IMG/VR virus record: IMGVR_UViG_3300044617_001027
Source: an uncultured virus (IMG/VR IMGVR_UViG_3300044617_001027)
Lineage: Duplodnaviria; Heunggongvirae; Uroviricota; Caudoviricetes
Strand: one strand, 5' to 3'
Length of the DNA: 64,000 nucleotides
The notes under the pieces are model-generated. The model saw only the letters and a list, made by a program, of their open reading frames with translations, ran no database searches and was not told the origin of the DNA. Each line of letters opens with the position of its first letter. Position 1 is the first letter of the stretch. Made by a program: the position numbers and the translations under genes. Shown here piece by piece: positions 19,858-31,200 of the stretch.

Positions 19858-20775
19858 TTACTTAATTATACCTGCAAGCTCTTGTAATCTTGCACGTAGA
19901 TTGTTTGATTCGTTTACAATATTTGATTTAGTGGCAGCAGAAGGAGCTGTACTGTTAGTTGGTTTTGAAGCAAAAGATTCGGTAATATTTTTAGATTTTT
20001 TACCTTTGTTTGCATCTACACCTTCATGTACTTTAGCATAAGTCGAATATAATAATTTAGCCTCTCTGATTGTGACTACACGCTCAAAGTTTTCTAAAAT
20101 ATCTTTCTTCTGATTTTCTGATAAAGCGTAGTTACGGAAAAGTTTAGAAGTGTAAAGTAATTTAGAATTTAACAGATTAACTTCTTGAAGCATTCCTTTA
20201 AGTTGATTTACAACTTCATAAGCTTCTTTTAATTCGTTTTGCATCCGTTTCATGTCTTTATTTTCTTCCTCTTCGCCATCTTCTTCTTCTCCTTCTCCAA
20301 TAGCTTGTGAAAACATAGACTCTAAAGCACCCACGACTTCTTTACGAGTAAAATACTTAGGACCTTGAGGGTCTTCTGTGTCGCTGTCGTAATTGTCCAT
20401 TTTGTTGTCCCCAGTTCCAATGTTAGAAGATTTTAACTCTTCCTCTAATTCAGCTAAGATTTCTTCTATAGAAGCAGATTCATTTTCTTGCTCTTTATCA
20501 TCTTCTTCGCCGTCATAAGCCTCTTCTACTTCGTCTTCTTCTTCGGCTTCCTGCATCTTAGATTTTGTATCACCGTGGCCTTTCTTCTTTTGAAGCCAAG
20601 GTGGTTGTTCTCCTTCTTCCATTTTTTTATCTTTTTCTTCTTCTTCTTCTTTACTTTCAAGAAGTGGAGATACTTTGTAGAAGATTGACTCTTCTAAAGT
20701 TGCTTTTGCATTTTGCATTGCCGTATCTTTTATGGCTTTTGCATCTGCAATTGCGGATTTTAATAAATCGTTCAT
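19858..20775 (-). CDS. Prohead core / scaffold protein (gp22-like)
   Basis: Acidic coiled coil directly upstream of the capsid gene, with many (L/I)xE sites. Confidence 0.7.
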   Translation of the reverse strand: MNDLLKSAIADAKAIKDTAMQNAKATLEESIFYKVSPLLESKEEEEEKDKKMEEGEQPPWLQKKKGHGDTKSKMQEAEEEDEVEEAYDGEEDDKEQENESASIEEILAELEEELKSSNIGTGDNKMDNYDSDTEDPQGPKYFTRKEVVGALESMFSQAIGEGEEEDGEEEENKDMKRMQNELKEAYEVVNQLKGMLQEVNLLNSKLLYTSKLFRNYALSENQKKDILENFERVVTIREAKLLYSTYAKVHEGVDANKGKKSKNITESFASKPTNSTAPSAATKSNIVNESNNLRARLQELAGIIK

Positions 20776-20945
20776 GTTACTATTTTGATTGTAAGACTAT
20801 TATAAATCTTAAATATATTTTCTAATCGTTTAATCTTATATTAAACAAGATATTGTTATCAATAAATATTATTGTTTTTTACTAAAATGCTATTTTTTAT
20901 GTAAAACGTCTATTTTTATTTCTTATTAAAGCAAAAAACCGTTTT

Positions 20946-22241
20946 TTATGGAAAATAAGAGTACAATAATTCTCTGTCAGCGTATCCTAAAACTTGTTTT
21001 CCATTTTCATGATTTCTCTTTATTTCTTTTAGTTTTTTTACGTATGATCTTAATTGAGGGCCGGAAGAAGATGATATAAGTATGCTTAATGTTTCAACCA
21101 TAGATGTATAAATTTCGGCTCTTCTACCTTTTCCATATATTCTCTTAGTGTCAAAAGAAGCTATAACAGATATTGATGACATCCACTTATCTCCTGCACT
21201 ATTATAGGAAGGTCTTTTGTAGTTAAAAACATCTCCTGTAAATTCTATACTTTTTATATTAGATACATATAGGAATCTCCATCCCGGTCTATCCTCGGGA
21301 TTATTTGTGTCACCTTTTTTTAACCAGGCTCTTATAGCCAATCCTTTTGCAGGACTTTTTTTAGACTGTCCTAAAGCTACGGGTTCTATTAATCTTACTC
21401 CTGTAGCTAATTCTTCGGATTTACTATCGCTTACATATTTTATTTTTATTAACAACTTATTTACAATAGCTATTTTTAAATCTTTCACCATATTACCTGT
21501 GGGGGTAAATATAATTTTAGCGTTTGCCTTAGCTTTTTTTTGTATTTGTATTGCCTCGTTTATTGTAGTTTCTTCGTCCGCCTCTTCTTCTTTTTTTAAA
21601 ACATCAGCAACTCCCCTATATTCAGAAACTCCTGCGGGAGCACTTGCTAATGCGTCCCCTAATTCATAATCTATAAAACTACTTTTGTCTCCTTTATCTA
21701 CTTGTGTTTTAAATCCAGGACCTGATTCAGAACTCTTTATATATTGCTCTCTTGTATTTGATACTAAATCGACAAAAGAGCTTTCGTTTAGTACCTTATC
21801 TATATCGTACTTATAAAGAAGTAAATAACTTCTTATTGTTATACTGTTTCTTTCTCCTACTTTTATTAATCTAGCTATAAAAGTATCTCTATTCACACCT
21901 CCGGGGGCAGACTTTTTCCTGAATAATTTTCTAGTTTCTAAATCAGATACTATTATGATTTTACTATTTTTTATAATAGAATCAGCATTTTTATAGAAAT
22001 TTTCTAAACTTGTAACTATTTTAACGCTTTTTTTTGAATCTACCCCTCTTTTGTTTTTTATAGAAGATTTAAATTCTTTTTCTATTATTTCTGTTTCCTT
22101 TTTCAATAATCCTTTTAGTCTATCCTCCATCTGTACTCGTACATACCCAGGAGACCTTTCTTTATTACCCATGGATTTAAATCTTTCATTCAATTCTTTA
22201 GTGAAAGTAAAATCCGGAGATAAAAATATAATAGATGCCAT
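20946..22241 (-). CDS. Protein with a C-terminal WYL-like domain
   Basis: IKIKYV...GVRLIEPVALG...LAIRAW...PGWRFLYVSNIKSI resembles the WYL (SH3-like) fold pattern. Confidence 0.6.
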   Translation of the reverse strand: MASIIFLSPDFTFTKELNERFKSMGNKERSPGYVRVQMEDRLKGLLKKETEIIEKEFKSSIKNKRGVDSKKSVKIVTSLENFYKNADSIIKNSKIIIVSDLETRKLFRKKSAPGGVNRDTFIARLIKVGERNSITIRSYLLLYKYDIDKVLNESSFVDLVSNTREQYIKSSESGPGFKTQVDKGDKSSFIDYELGDALASAPAGVSEYRGVADVLKKEEEADEETTINEAIQIQKKAKANAKIIFTPTGNMVKDLKIAIVNKLLIKIKYVSDSKSEELATGVRLIEPVALGQSKKSPAKGLAIRAWLKKGDTNNPEDRPGWRFLYVSNIKSIEFTGDVFNYKRPSYNSAGDKWMSSISVIASFDTKRIYGKGRRAEIYTSMVETLSILISSSSGPQLRSYVKKLKEIKRNHENGKQVLGYADRELLYSYFP

Positions 22242-22855
22242 TACAGTATTTTTGACATATTTAGGATTTCGTCAGCTAGTGTATCAACATTTACAAAATA
22301 ACTTTTAGATTCTTTCATTACTACAGGCGACATGAATGCTCCCTGTGTAGATGGATTAGATACGAAGTCAAAAGCAACCATTTCATAATCTTCTCCAACT
22401 TCATAGTAAGGTGCGCCATTTCTAAGTCCAGCTTCCCTTAAAGTTCCAACTCCTCGAGAACTTATTCCTGCCGTGTGTCCCTTATCAAAATATTGTTTTA
22501 GTAAATTACCCTTTGGTGTCCAGTCTAAAATTTCAGCAATACCATATATGTCATCTCCGTCCCACCAAATTTCTCTAATTATGTGAGATGCCTCAGATAG
22601 CCAGGTATCAGCTCTTTCCGGATGATCTAATTCTCCGTAAGCTATACCTTCTTTTATTTTATCCTGATATTTTTTAACTTGCTCATCCATCAATTTTCGA
22701 GGGTACATCCTTTTATTGTGGTTTATGGAATCTGCTCTTTGTAATATCCCTTTAACTAATAATCCGCCGTTTTTACCTTTGGATTCTTTTAATACGCAGC
22801 TAACGGGATTAAAAGTTGATATGGAGTCTATTAGGAGTACTCTATTTTGTGCCAT
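22241..22855 (-). CDS. gp21: Prohead protease (gp21-like)
   Basis: Motifs GILQRADSINHNKRMYP, YGELDHP, GISSRGVG and FDFVSNPSTQGA. Confidence 0.93.
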   Translation of the reverse strand: MAQNRVLLIDSISTFNPVSCVLKESKGKNGGLLVKGILQRADSINHNKRMYPRKLMDEQVKKYQDKIKEGIAYGELDHPERADTWLSEASHIIREIWWDGDDIYGIAEILDWTPKGNLLKQYFDKGHTAGISSRGVGTLREAGLRNGAPYYEVGEDYEMVAFDFVSNPSTQGAFMSPVVMKESKSYFVNVDTLADEILNMSKIL

Positions 22856-23216
22856 TATTTATATTTTTTAAGAATTCGTCTATGAAATTTATTACGGATT
22901 CTTGTTTTAAAAATGGAGTGGATTTTTGTTTTTCTTTATCCCTCTCTATTTTATTGAAAGTTGTTTTCTTTATGAACTTGTAAGGTTTTTCCTTTGTCTC
23001 AGGTTTTCTTCTTTTGAATACTAGAGGAGTTCTTGGAGGGCCTTCACCACCATCCAGATTACTTGTTACATTCATTTCAGTTTTAACTCCATCCTCGTCG
23101 TCAATAGGTAAGTATTTGGAAGAAGATTCGGCGGGGCCACCCACTTTAAAACTTTTATTTAAAGACTCAAATAGGTATTTCATGAATGCTTCTTTATTAT
23201 TTTTTATATTTTTCAC
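22842..23216 (-). CDS. Hypothetical head-module protein
   Basis: Overlaps both neighbours in an operon-like arrangement. Confidence 0.55.
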   Translation of the reverse strand: MKNIKNNKEAFMKYLFESLNKSFKVGGPAESSSKYLPIDDEDGVKTEMNVTSNLDGGEGPPRTPLVFKRRKPETKEKPYKFIKKTTFNKIERDKEKQKSTPFLKQESVINFIDEFLKNINNGTK

Positions 23217-24046
23217 TTTGATATAACATTTACAAACTCATAATATTTCATAATAACATGTATATGATTTTCTGTAATATATTTTGCATTATTAACTTGA
23301 TCTAAAACATCAATCATTTCATTTAATTTATTTGCTGATGCTACATTTTCAACATTAGGAATAATGCTATTAATGGATTCTTTCAATCTACTTGTTTCAG
23401 ATGTAATAAATGTTTTAAATTCATCCGATGACGTCTCCATGTTTATATAATTGCCTAATAATGTTTTTTGCTCACTTAATAGACCATTGTATTTATCATT
23501 ATACTTTTCAATCATTATCTCAAATGCTGACAATCTAATATCTTCTGATTCTGTTAAGTATTCAGATGACATGGTATTAGATGATTCTACATTGCATATA
23601 CATTCTATTAGATTTTGTTTATTTGAAACCATTACTGGAGGATTATCCGATTGATTGTATTCGAATAATGTATAGATGCTAGCATAGTTTTGATAGTTCT
23701 CTACTTTTATGTCAAAGAAAGAATCCCCGCCGAAATATGATGTAATGTCTTTGTATAATCTATATTTCTCCTTATTCAATTTTTCGAGGTCTAAGGAGTT
23801 TCTAGCTTCTTTTATGGATTCAATTAATTCATTAGCGAGGTTAGGACTTTTTACTTTCTCTTTAGTTAACATTTGGTAGAACGTCAACTCCTGTCTAATC
23901 TGTGAATTGTTTGAAAAGTGTTTTTTTATAATTGAGGATATTTCATTTATCCCTTCTCCTTGTAATACATTGCTAGTCATTTTTTTCACTAGCATTTCAA
24001 AAATCAATCCCGTATTCCGGTGCTTTTTGTGTTTTATTTTCTTCAT
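23213..24046 (-). CDS. Hypothetical head-module protein (between portal and protease)
   Basis: 277-aa helical ORF with a basic N-terminus (KIKHKKHRNTGLIFE). Confidence 0.65.
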   Translation of the reverse strand: MKKIKHKKHRNTGLIFEMLVKKMTSNVLQGEGINEISSIIKKHFSNNSQIRQELTFYQMLTKEKVKSPNLANELIESIKEARNSLDLEKLNKEKYRLYKDITSYFGGDSFFDIKVENYQNYASIYTLFEYNQSDNPPVMVSNKQNLIECICNVESSNTMSSEYLTESEDIRLSAFEIMIEKYNDKYNGLLSEQKTLLGNYINMETSSDEFKTFITSETSRLKESINSIIPNVENVASANKLNEMIDVLDQVNNAKYITENHIHVIMKYYEFVNVISK

Positions 24047-24113
24047 TTTTTATAGTTGTGAATTTCTTATTAAAAGAAATTATTTTAAATAAATATTGTA
24101 ATGTTTATCTAAA

Positions 24114-26039
24114 TCACTCTAAATCTAACAAGTTATTTTCACTTAGCAAATCTGTGCCTGCCACTTTTTCGTTTTCTTTAAATGATTTTTCGATAATTAG
24201 ATTCTTGTTTCCTATAGCACTATCAAATTGCCTCTTAAGAGAATTTACTAGTTTTGACTCTAAATTTACCGGATTCTCTCTTTTTCTAGCTTTTAAAGGG
24301 TCTCTTTCTCCTTCTAAGTTAGATTTCATATCCCGGTCTCCCATAGAATCTCTACCATTAACTGTGTCATCTTTTGTGCCGAATGTACCAATTCTCTTAG
24401 GTCTTCCTCGATTATCCTCCTTGTCTGCAAATTCTAACTCTTCTCCATCGTCAAATGACATTGCATCTACTTCATTTCCTTTAGAAGCTAACTTTAATGA
24501 CATCATATCATGTGGAGTACCAAAACTTTGTCCTGATAGTTTGGGATCATTGCCCTCCGTTTCTATTTGAGAGTGTCTAAAGGTAGTCATCAAATCCTCA
24601 ATAATCAATTCTTCCTCTGTTAATCTTTCTGATTCTGATAATTTAAATAAGTTTTCATGTATATATTTCCTAGAGAATAATTTAGAATCTTGCATAACTA
24701 AAGCTAAATTCATTTTCTCTGTCAATATTTCTACCTTCTGTCTTTCATAAACTAAAGATGGATTATTTAGAGAAAGAGAAAAATCAATCAATTCCTCATT
24801 TTTATATCCTTGAGTGTATAAGTGAATGATAGCAATCTTATTTAACTCCGATACAATTATTTTCTGAATCCTTTCGATAGTTCTAGCAAATCTAACGTCC
24901 TCGGCAGCAATCATAGACTTACCTTCCGTGTCTTTATCATACCCTAAAAATGGCTTAGGGATTTTTAAGGCAGCCATCATTCTATTTCTGACGTATTCAA
25001 TATCATCCATGAAACCTTGATTGCCTAAACCCGGTAATGTTGTTATTTCACTACTCGCATCTTTTCCTCTAACCGGTAGGTAATAATCCTCTAACATGTT
25101 CTGAAGATTAAATTTTAGGTTATAATCTCCTGTTTTTTCATCGACATAAGGGGTTTTCTTCATTGCCGATATAATAGTAGACATGTAGTTATCTACTTCA
25201 TTAGGCGGAATACTTCCTACATTTATCTTGAAAATTCTTCTTTCCGGGGCTCTCATGATTCTATGAATTAACATAGCGTCCTCCATCAAAGTAAGCATTT
25301 TAAAAATCTTTCTTGCAGGTTCTATTTGACTTCTACCGTAAGGTAAAAAATTACTATCAGATAATAATCTAAAATGGGCTATTTCATGATAATCTAATTC
25401 TTTATTTTTTCTTTCATCATTTCTATATACAATCGGACTCATTTGAGTAGTGTGTAATCCTTCGTATATAAATTTAACTTCATAAGGATTTTCTGGGTTT
25501 GTTCCTTCCATCCTTCTAACTTCGTAGGCTGATAAAGGAACAACGTTTTTTATACCAAGACCTTCTTCGATATCTAAATACAAATAGAAATCTCCATATT
25601 TACATAGAGATCTTGTCCAACTCCATAAGTTGTAATCTATATTTAAAATGTCGTAAAATAAATTATAGAGTATTTTTTTAATATTCTCATTTGGAGTACT
25701 AATATTTAACAAATCTCCCTCTACAGACATTACCGTACTTTCGTCTGCATAAATATCCAATGCAGACGCTATGATTGGATCTGTGTCCATGGCTTCATAG
25801 TCTGTAAATATCTGTAACTTTGAAGAGTGGAAATTTATGGTGTTGTTGTTAGGAGAATACCCGTATTGCCTAGATGTATGTAAACCAGAGAATCTGTCAG
25901 CGTATCCGACTTTATCTTTAGTACCTGCGCCTTGTAGCCTAGAGGTATCAATAACTTTAATCCTGTCTTTTCCGATTCTTCTAACAATAACTTGTGTAGA
26001 AAATAATCTTTTTAGTTTTGCCTGTATTGAATTATCCAT
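24114..26039 (-). CDS. gp20: Portal protein (gp20-like)
   Basis: Motifs LMEDAMLIHRIMRAPERRIFKINVG, NMLEDYYLP, EITTLPG and ALKIPK. Confidence 0.95.
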   Translation of the reverse strand: MDNSIQAKLKRLFSTQVIVRRIGKDRIKVIDTSRLQGAGTKDKVGYADRFSGLHTSRQYGYSPNNNTINFHSSKLQIFTDYEAMDTDPIIASALDIYADESTVMSVEGDLLNISTPNENIKKILYNLFYDILNIDYNLWSWTRSLCKYGDFYLYLDIEEGLGIKNVVPLSAYEVRRMEGTNPENPYEVKFIYEGLHTTQMSPIVYRNDERKNKELDYHEIAHFRLLSDSNFLPYGRSQIEPARKIFKMLTLMEDAMLIHRIMRAPERRIFKINVGSIPPNEVDNYMSTIISAMKKTPYVDEKTGDYNLKFNLQNMLEDYYLPVRGKDASSEITTLPGLGNQGFMDDIEYVRNRMMAALKIPKPFLGYDKDTEGKSMIAAEDVRFARTIERIQKIIVSELNKIAIIHLYTQGYKNEELIDFSLSLNNPSLVYERQKVEILTEKMNLALVMQDSKLFSRKYIHENLFKLSESERLTEEELIIEDLMTTFRHSQIETEGNDPKLSGQSFGTPHDMMSLKLASKGNEVDAMSFDDGEELEFADKEDNRGRPKRIGTFGTKDDTVNGRDSMGDRDMKSNLEGERDPLKARKRENPVNLESKLVNSLKRQFDSAIGNKNLIIEKSFKENEKVAGTDLLSENNLLDLE

Positions 26040-26043
26040 GTTT

Positions 26044-27624
26044 TTATTTTATAAGCCAAGTTAAGCTCTCTGATTCATTGCTTCTAGTTTTCATAGACCA
26101 AGAGTCATGTACTTTATTTGAGTTACTTGGAGTGTATATCGTTTTTGTTGTATTATTTAGCAAAGACCTAGAGAAACTTAAGCCCAAAGTTTTCATTTTC
26201 AAGGAAGTGTCTCTAACCCAAAGTCCAATAGCGAAAGACATAACTAAGTCGTCGTTATATCCATCTCTAGCTTCTGCTTTGTGGTCTTTCCAAACAAAAG
26301 TAAACAATTCCTGTATCAATCTCTTACTATATACTATTGGAGATTTTTCTCTATAATATGTCTCTAATTTAGAAATCATTACGGGTCTTGTTTTTGTAGA
26401 AGTAGTAAATCCCGGAACCATGTTATCCTTAAGTAAATAGTCTTGATTTATGTTAACATGTACATCAGGGTCTACAAAAGGATCGTTTCTGAAAGTATAA
26501 TACAGATTTTGATATCCTAAATCTATAATAGTTTGCAGAACTGCCCAGCCAACATACGCATTCTCAATGGCAAGTAAAGCTCCGTTGTATTCAGAAGCTA
26601 TACTCATTAATAAATGTCCAAATTCGGTGGTGCCAATCATACTCTTAAATTCTGCAACTTGTTCTAATGTTTCTATATTTAAAACATGAAAAGCAGAAAA
26701 GTCAGAAGAATCTCCCCTAGATACATCTGCACATACAACATAAGTACAATCACTTTCAGGATACTTCCAGACCCATAAATCTCCAGTCTCACCTCTTTTT
26801 TCTATTGGATCTTTTACGTAATTATTCTCATACCATACTAAAATACTACCATCTACCACAGTATGTCCAGATGTCAAGAAGTCACCATCACATTCCTGGG
26901 CTGCTGCTTTTTCTCCTAGTAATATGTCTTGTTCCTTTCGCCACTTCCAATCTCTTTCCGGGTGGACAGTCCATGGTAAAAATATAGAAGTAAAATCTCC
27001 CCCATTTAAAGATTCTTGCCAAACTCTATGAAATAAATTACCTACTCCATTAGGTGTGGATAGTAATATACAACTACCTCCCGTCGCTAATGTAGATTGT
27101 GCAGCTGTCCAAATTTCTTCCGAATTAGAAATGTGAGCTGCCTCATCTATAACTAGTAAAGACAATGCTTCAGATCTTGCAGAATCAGGACTTGATGATA
27201 CTGCTTTAACACTAGATCCATTATTTTTAAATCTAAGCATCATTTTATTGTCCTCCAATGTCTCTTGTTTTAGCCATGAAGGTAAAAAATCATGCATCAA
27301 TCTAATCTTATGGACTAAATTTTTTGCTACATCTTGTTTGGTTGCAATAATAAGAACTTTATACCCGCTGTTAAATATCATACTATGCAAAATGAATGCA
27401 GCTGATAAAGTTGATATTCCTAACTGCCTTCCTTTGTTTATGATAATATACCTTTCATTATGCATCTTTTCTAATGTGGTCTCTTGGAATGGATAAAGAC
27501 CAAATAATATACGTCCTTTTGTAGGATGCTCTATTTTGCAGTATTTTTTAGTGAAATAAGTTGAATCTTTTGCACATTTTTTATACTCCTGAGCTATTGC
27601 TAGTTTTACTTTATTTGTTGACAT
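26044..27624 (-). CDS. gp17: Terminase large subunit
   Basis: Motifs KGRQLGIST, LLVIDEAAHI and LSTPNG; nuclease motifs ADVSRGDSSDFS and GYNDDLVMS. Confidence 0.95.
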   Translation of the reverse strand: MSTNKVKLAIAQEYKKCAKDSTYFTKKYCKIEHPTKGRILFGLYPFQETTLEKMHNERYIIINKGRQLGISTLSAAFILHSMIFNSGYKVLIIATKQDVAKNLVHKIRLMHDFLPSWLKQETLEDNKMMLRFKNNGSSVKAVSSSPDSARSEALSLLVIDEAAHISNSEEIWTAAQSTLATGGSCILLSTPNGVGNLFHRVWQESLNGGDFTSIFLPWTVHPERDWKWRKEQDILLGEKAAAQECDGDFLTSGHTVVDGSILVWYENNYVKDPIEKRGETGDLWVWKYPESDCTYVVCADVSRGDSSDFSAFHVLNIETLEQVAEFKSMIGTTEFGHLLMSIASEYNGALLAIENAYVGWAVLQTIIDLGYQNLYYTFRNDPFVDPDVHVNINQDYLLKDNMVPGFTTSTKTRPVMISKLETYYREKSPIVYSKRLIQELFTFVWKDHKAEARDGYNDDLVMSFAIGLWVRDTSLKMKTLGLSFSRSLLNNTTKTIYTPSNSNKVHDSWSMKTRSNESESLTWLIK

Positions 27625-28243
27625 CTATATTTAAATCTTCTTCTTTTATATTATATGTTCCCATGATATCATCTCTTAAATTACTAAAATCAGATCTAAT
27701 CTTATCTAAAAATGATTCTTTATTTTCAATTGACCATTTTTCAATAGATCCGTCTGCATGAGAATATCCCATGTTATCAAATGATCTTAATAAAATTTCT
27801 ACTTCTTTAGATGCCTCTTTTAAAAATGATACCGCATTCTCTTTCTTTTTATCATGAACATAAGTATCAAATTTTCCATTTAGCTTCAAGTCTGCTTCAT
27901 ATTTTATTGTACATTCTAAACATCTTCCTGTCTTTTTTCCCAATTTATAATCTGCTTGACCGAAAAGTTTGCCGTCACATGTATCTAAACAATTAGGAAA
28001 TTTACTTATGCTATCTAATTCTTTTAGTATTTCTCTAACTCCCTTAGATCTTTTTACTTTATACCCATCTCTTTGTTCCCATTCGGTTACATGACCCATA
28101 GGTGAAACATCTTCCCATATATCTCCTACTTTTCTTATTTCGGAATCTTCCTTCTTTCTATATCCTATAGTTGTTCTGTTCTGGGTTTTGTGTTCTCCTA
28201 TTAGAAGTTTTTTTACCGCTTCTACATTTCTTAATTTACTCAT
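27611..28243 (-). CDS. Hypothetical protein with two CxxxC/CxxC pairs
   Basis: CLDTC...RCLEC; directly upstream of the terminase. Confidence 0.6.
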   Translation of the reverse strand: MSKLRNVEAVKKLLIGEHKTQNRTTIGYRKKEDSEIRKVGDIWEDVSPMGHVTEWEQRDGYKVKRSKGVREILKELDSISKFPNCLDTCDGKLFGQADYKLGKKTGRCLECTIKYEADLKLNGKFDTYVHDKKKENAVSFLKEASKEVEILLRSFDNMGYSHADGSIEKWSIENKESFLDKIRSDFSNLRDDIMGTYNIKEEDLNIDVNK

Positions 28244-31200
28244 AGTTTTCTCCTTTTTCTAATTTTGTAACTCTTTTAGTTAAATCCTTTATTAAATCAT
28301 ATAATTCCTGTATAGCTTTTAGATTATAAACCGAAAGTTTATCATAGTTAACAGCTAGAACTCCTTTTTGTCCTTCTATCTTAAACTCTTTTAATAAACC
28401 TGTTTTAAGTCCGTCGGTTATATCTTGAGCTATAATACCTACTTCTTTACCCTCTAAGTTAGATGGAATCCTATGAGATGAAGATGTTTTATTTACTTCT
28501 AAAATAACACCTTTCATTTCATCTGTATTCCAATTATAATTAACAGGTTTTATCGTATATAGTTGCTCTAATACAGAATCTATTTCCTCTATATCTTTTT
28601 TTAGTCTCCTATCTGAGAATGCTGGAAATGGACCTCCTGATGAGCTTCCTTTTTGCCCTTTCTCTCCTTTGAATCCGGTTGGACCAGTTGGACCGGGAGG
28701 GCCCGGAGGGCCGGGGTCTCCTGGCAATCCTTGTTCTCCTGCTCCCGTAGGACCTATTGAACCTTGCGGACCGGGTCCGCCGGAAGGGCCGGGAGGGCCG
28801 GGTCCACCGGGAGGGCCAGTAGGGCCAGGGGTACCTGAACCGGTTGGACCGGTAAATCCTTGAGGACCAGTAGGGCCAGGTCCTCCGGGAGTACCTGTGC
28901 CAGTAGGGCCGGTAAATCCTTGAGGTCCGGGTCCACCACTAGGTCCAGTAAATCCTTGAGGTCCGGGTCCACCACTAGGTCCAGTAAATCCTTGAGGTCC
29001 GGGTCCACCACTAGGTCCAGTAAATCCTTGAGGTCCGGGTTCTCCGGTAAATCCTTGAGGACCTATACCTGCTAATCCAGTAAATCCTTGAAATCCTTGG
29101 TTGCCTTGCGGGCCAGCCACAGAGCTTGGATTACCTGTAGGTCCTTGGTTGCCTTGCGAGCCCTGAAAACCTTGAGGACCGGGAGCTCCCGGAGGGCTTA
29201 TTATACTAGGTCCTTGTCTTCCTTGAAAACCCTGTGTACCTACTGTGCCTTGTAGTCCTGTTGGACCTTGGTTTCCTTGAGGTCCCGGTCCGCCGGGTTC
29301 TCCTGTAGGGCCTTGAAGTCCTACTCCTGACAAACCTGTAGGGCCTTGATTACCTTGTGTACCTGCTGTTCCTTGAAAACCTGTTGGTCCTTGATTACCT
29401 TGTGGTCCTTGCCTTCCTTGAAAACCCTGTGTACCTACTGTGCCTTGTAGTCCTGTTGGACCTTGGTTTCCTTGAGGTCCTATATCCCCTTTCTGACCTT
29501 TGTCGCCTGTTAAACCAGGTTGGCCTTTAAATCCTATACTTCCTTTAGTCCCTTTATCGCCTTCACTTCCCTTATCTCCTTTATATCCTTTATAGCCAAT
29601 TTCCCCTTTACTTCCTTTAAAATCTCCTTTAATTCCTTTATCTCCTTTAACTCCTTTATCTCCCTTACTCCCCGTAGGTCCAGGAGGACCTATTTTAGAA
29701 CTTGGTATAGGAGATGGACTAGGAGCAAAAATTCCTATATTTTCAGGAGATGACATATTATGTACTAACACATCTTCTACAAAAAAATTTTCATTTTTCT
29801 CTACGCTTAAATTATATACAGTACTAGATGTTGCGTATGAATAAATATTAGATATCTTTTCATAAGATAGTGTTTTGTAATTAAAGAGTTCATCGTTTAC
29901 AGATAAATCTTTAGCTTTTTTCCAATATTTATCATACCATCCTTTAACGTAAAATGGATGTTCTTCAGTACATTGTATATTATTATTTATAACATATAAA
30001 TAATTTGATTTTCCTACATGTTTATATATTATAGTATCTTCTTGTAGTGTTTTATTATCTATGTTATAAGACATGATTGATTGACCTACTAAAGCTTCCT
30101 CTATTGTTATGTAAACATTATTCAATGTTAATATTTTAGTAGACGGAATAAAACAAGTTGGGCCTACTGATCCTGAAAATCCTTTGTCTCCTTTGTCTCC
30201 TATTTCTCCTTTATCTCCTACACTGCCCTTCTGACCTATAGTTCCTTGTAGACCCGTTATGCCTTGATTACCCTGAGGTCCTTGATTACCCTGAAATCCG
30301 GTAAAACCTTGTAGTCCTTGATTACCCTGATTACCTTGCGGTCCTTGATTGCCTTGGAAACCTTGTGTACCTACTATTCCTTGAAAACCTTGTGTACCTA
30401 CTGTACCTTGTATGCCCTGTATTCCCTGATTACCTTGCGGTCCTTGGTTGCCCTGCGGCCCTTCTACAGAACTTGGATTACCGGTAAGACCTTGGTTTCC
30501 TTGTAGTCCTTGATTGCCTTGTGTGCCAATTGTTCCTTGAATACCTGTCGGACCTTGATTTCCTTGTGAGCCTTGATTACCCTGCGCTCCGGTAGTACCC
30601 TGTAGTCCAGTAGGGCCTTGATTACCTTGCGGTCCTTGATTGCCTTGGAAACCTTGAGTTCCTACTGTTCCTTGAATACCTGTCGGACCTTGATTTCCCT
30701 GTAAGCCTATAGTTCCTTGTAAACCTGTTGGTCCTTGATTGCCTTGTGTGCCAATTATTCCTTGAATACCTGTCGGACCTTGATTTCCCTGTGAGCCTAT
30801 AGTTCCTTGTAAACCTATTGGTCCTTGATTGCCTTGAGAGCCTTTGAAGTTTCCTTTTTCTCCTTTCGGCCCTTTTTCACCACCGCCAGCTATAGAAACA
30901 AATCCTTTAAAACATTCTCCAAAAGTTATTTCTATAGTATTTTCGTCTATGGCAGTATAATTTTCGGGGATAACGGAGTTCCCGTCATAGGAGTATATAG
31001 TAAATACAGGGTATTGTATTCCTGTACCGTGGTTAATTGTAATAACATTACAACTATTTAAAGAACCAGTAAATACGGTATCTCCTAATTCACCTTTAGA
31101 CCCACTTATTCCCTTAAGCCCTTCCTCCCCCTTCTGTCCTTTGCTTCCTTTAAAATTTCCTTTTTCTCCTTTGTTACCCTTTCCGGAGGAGCTAGCTATT

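Noticed and set aside
29757..30155. Canonical mobile intein
   Set aside because: There is no homing endonuclease and the +1 residue is Met, so it was kept as an intein-like Hint domain.
28640..30890. GC-rich repeats and alternative-frame ORFs (28669, 28754, 28860, 30318) as separate genes or foreign DNA
   Set aside because: They are explained by Gly/Pro codons of the collagen tract; the ORFs are shadows of the repeat.
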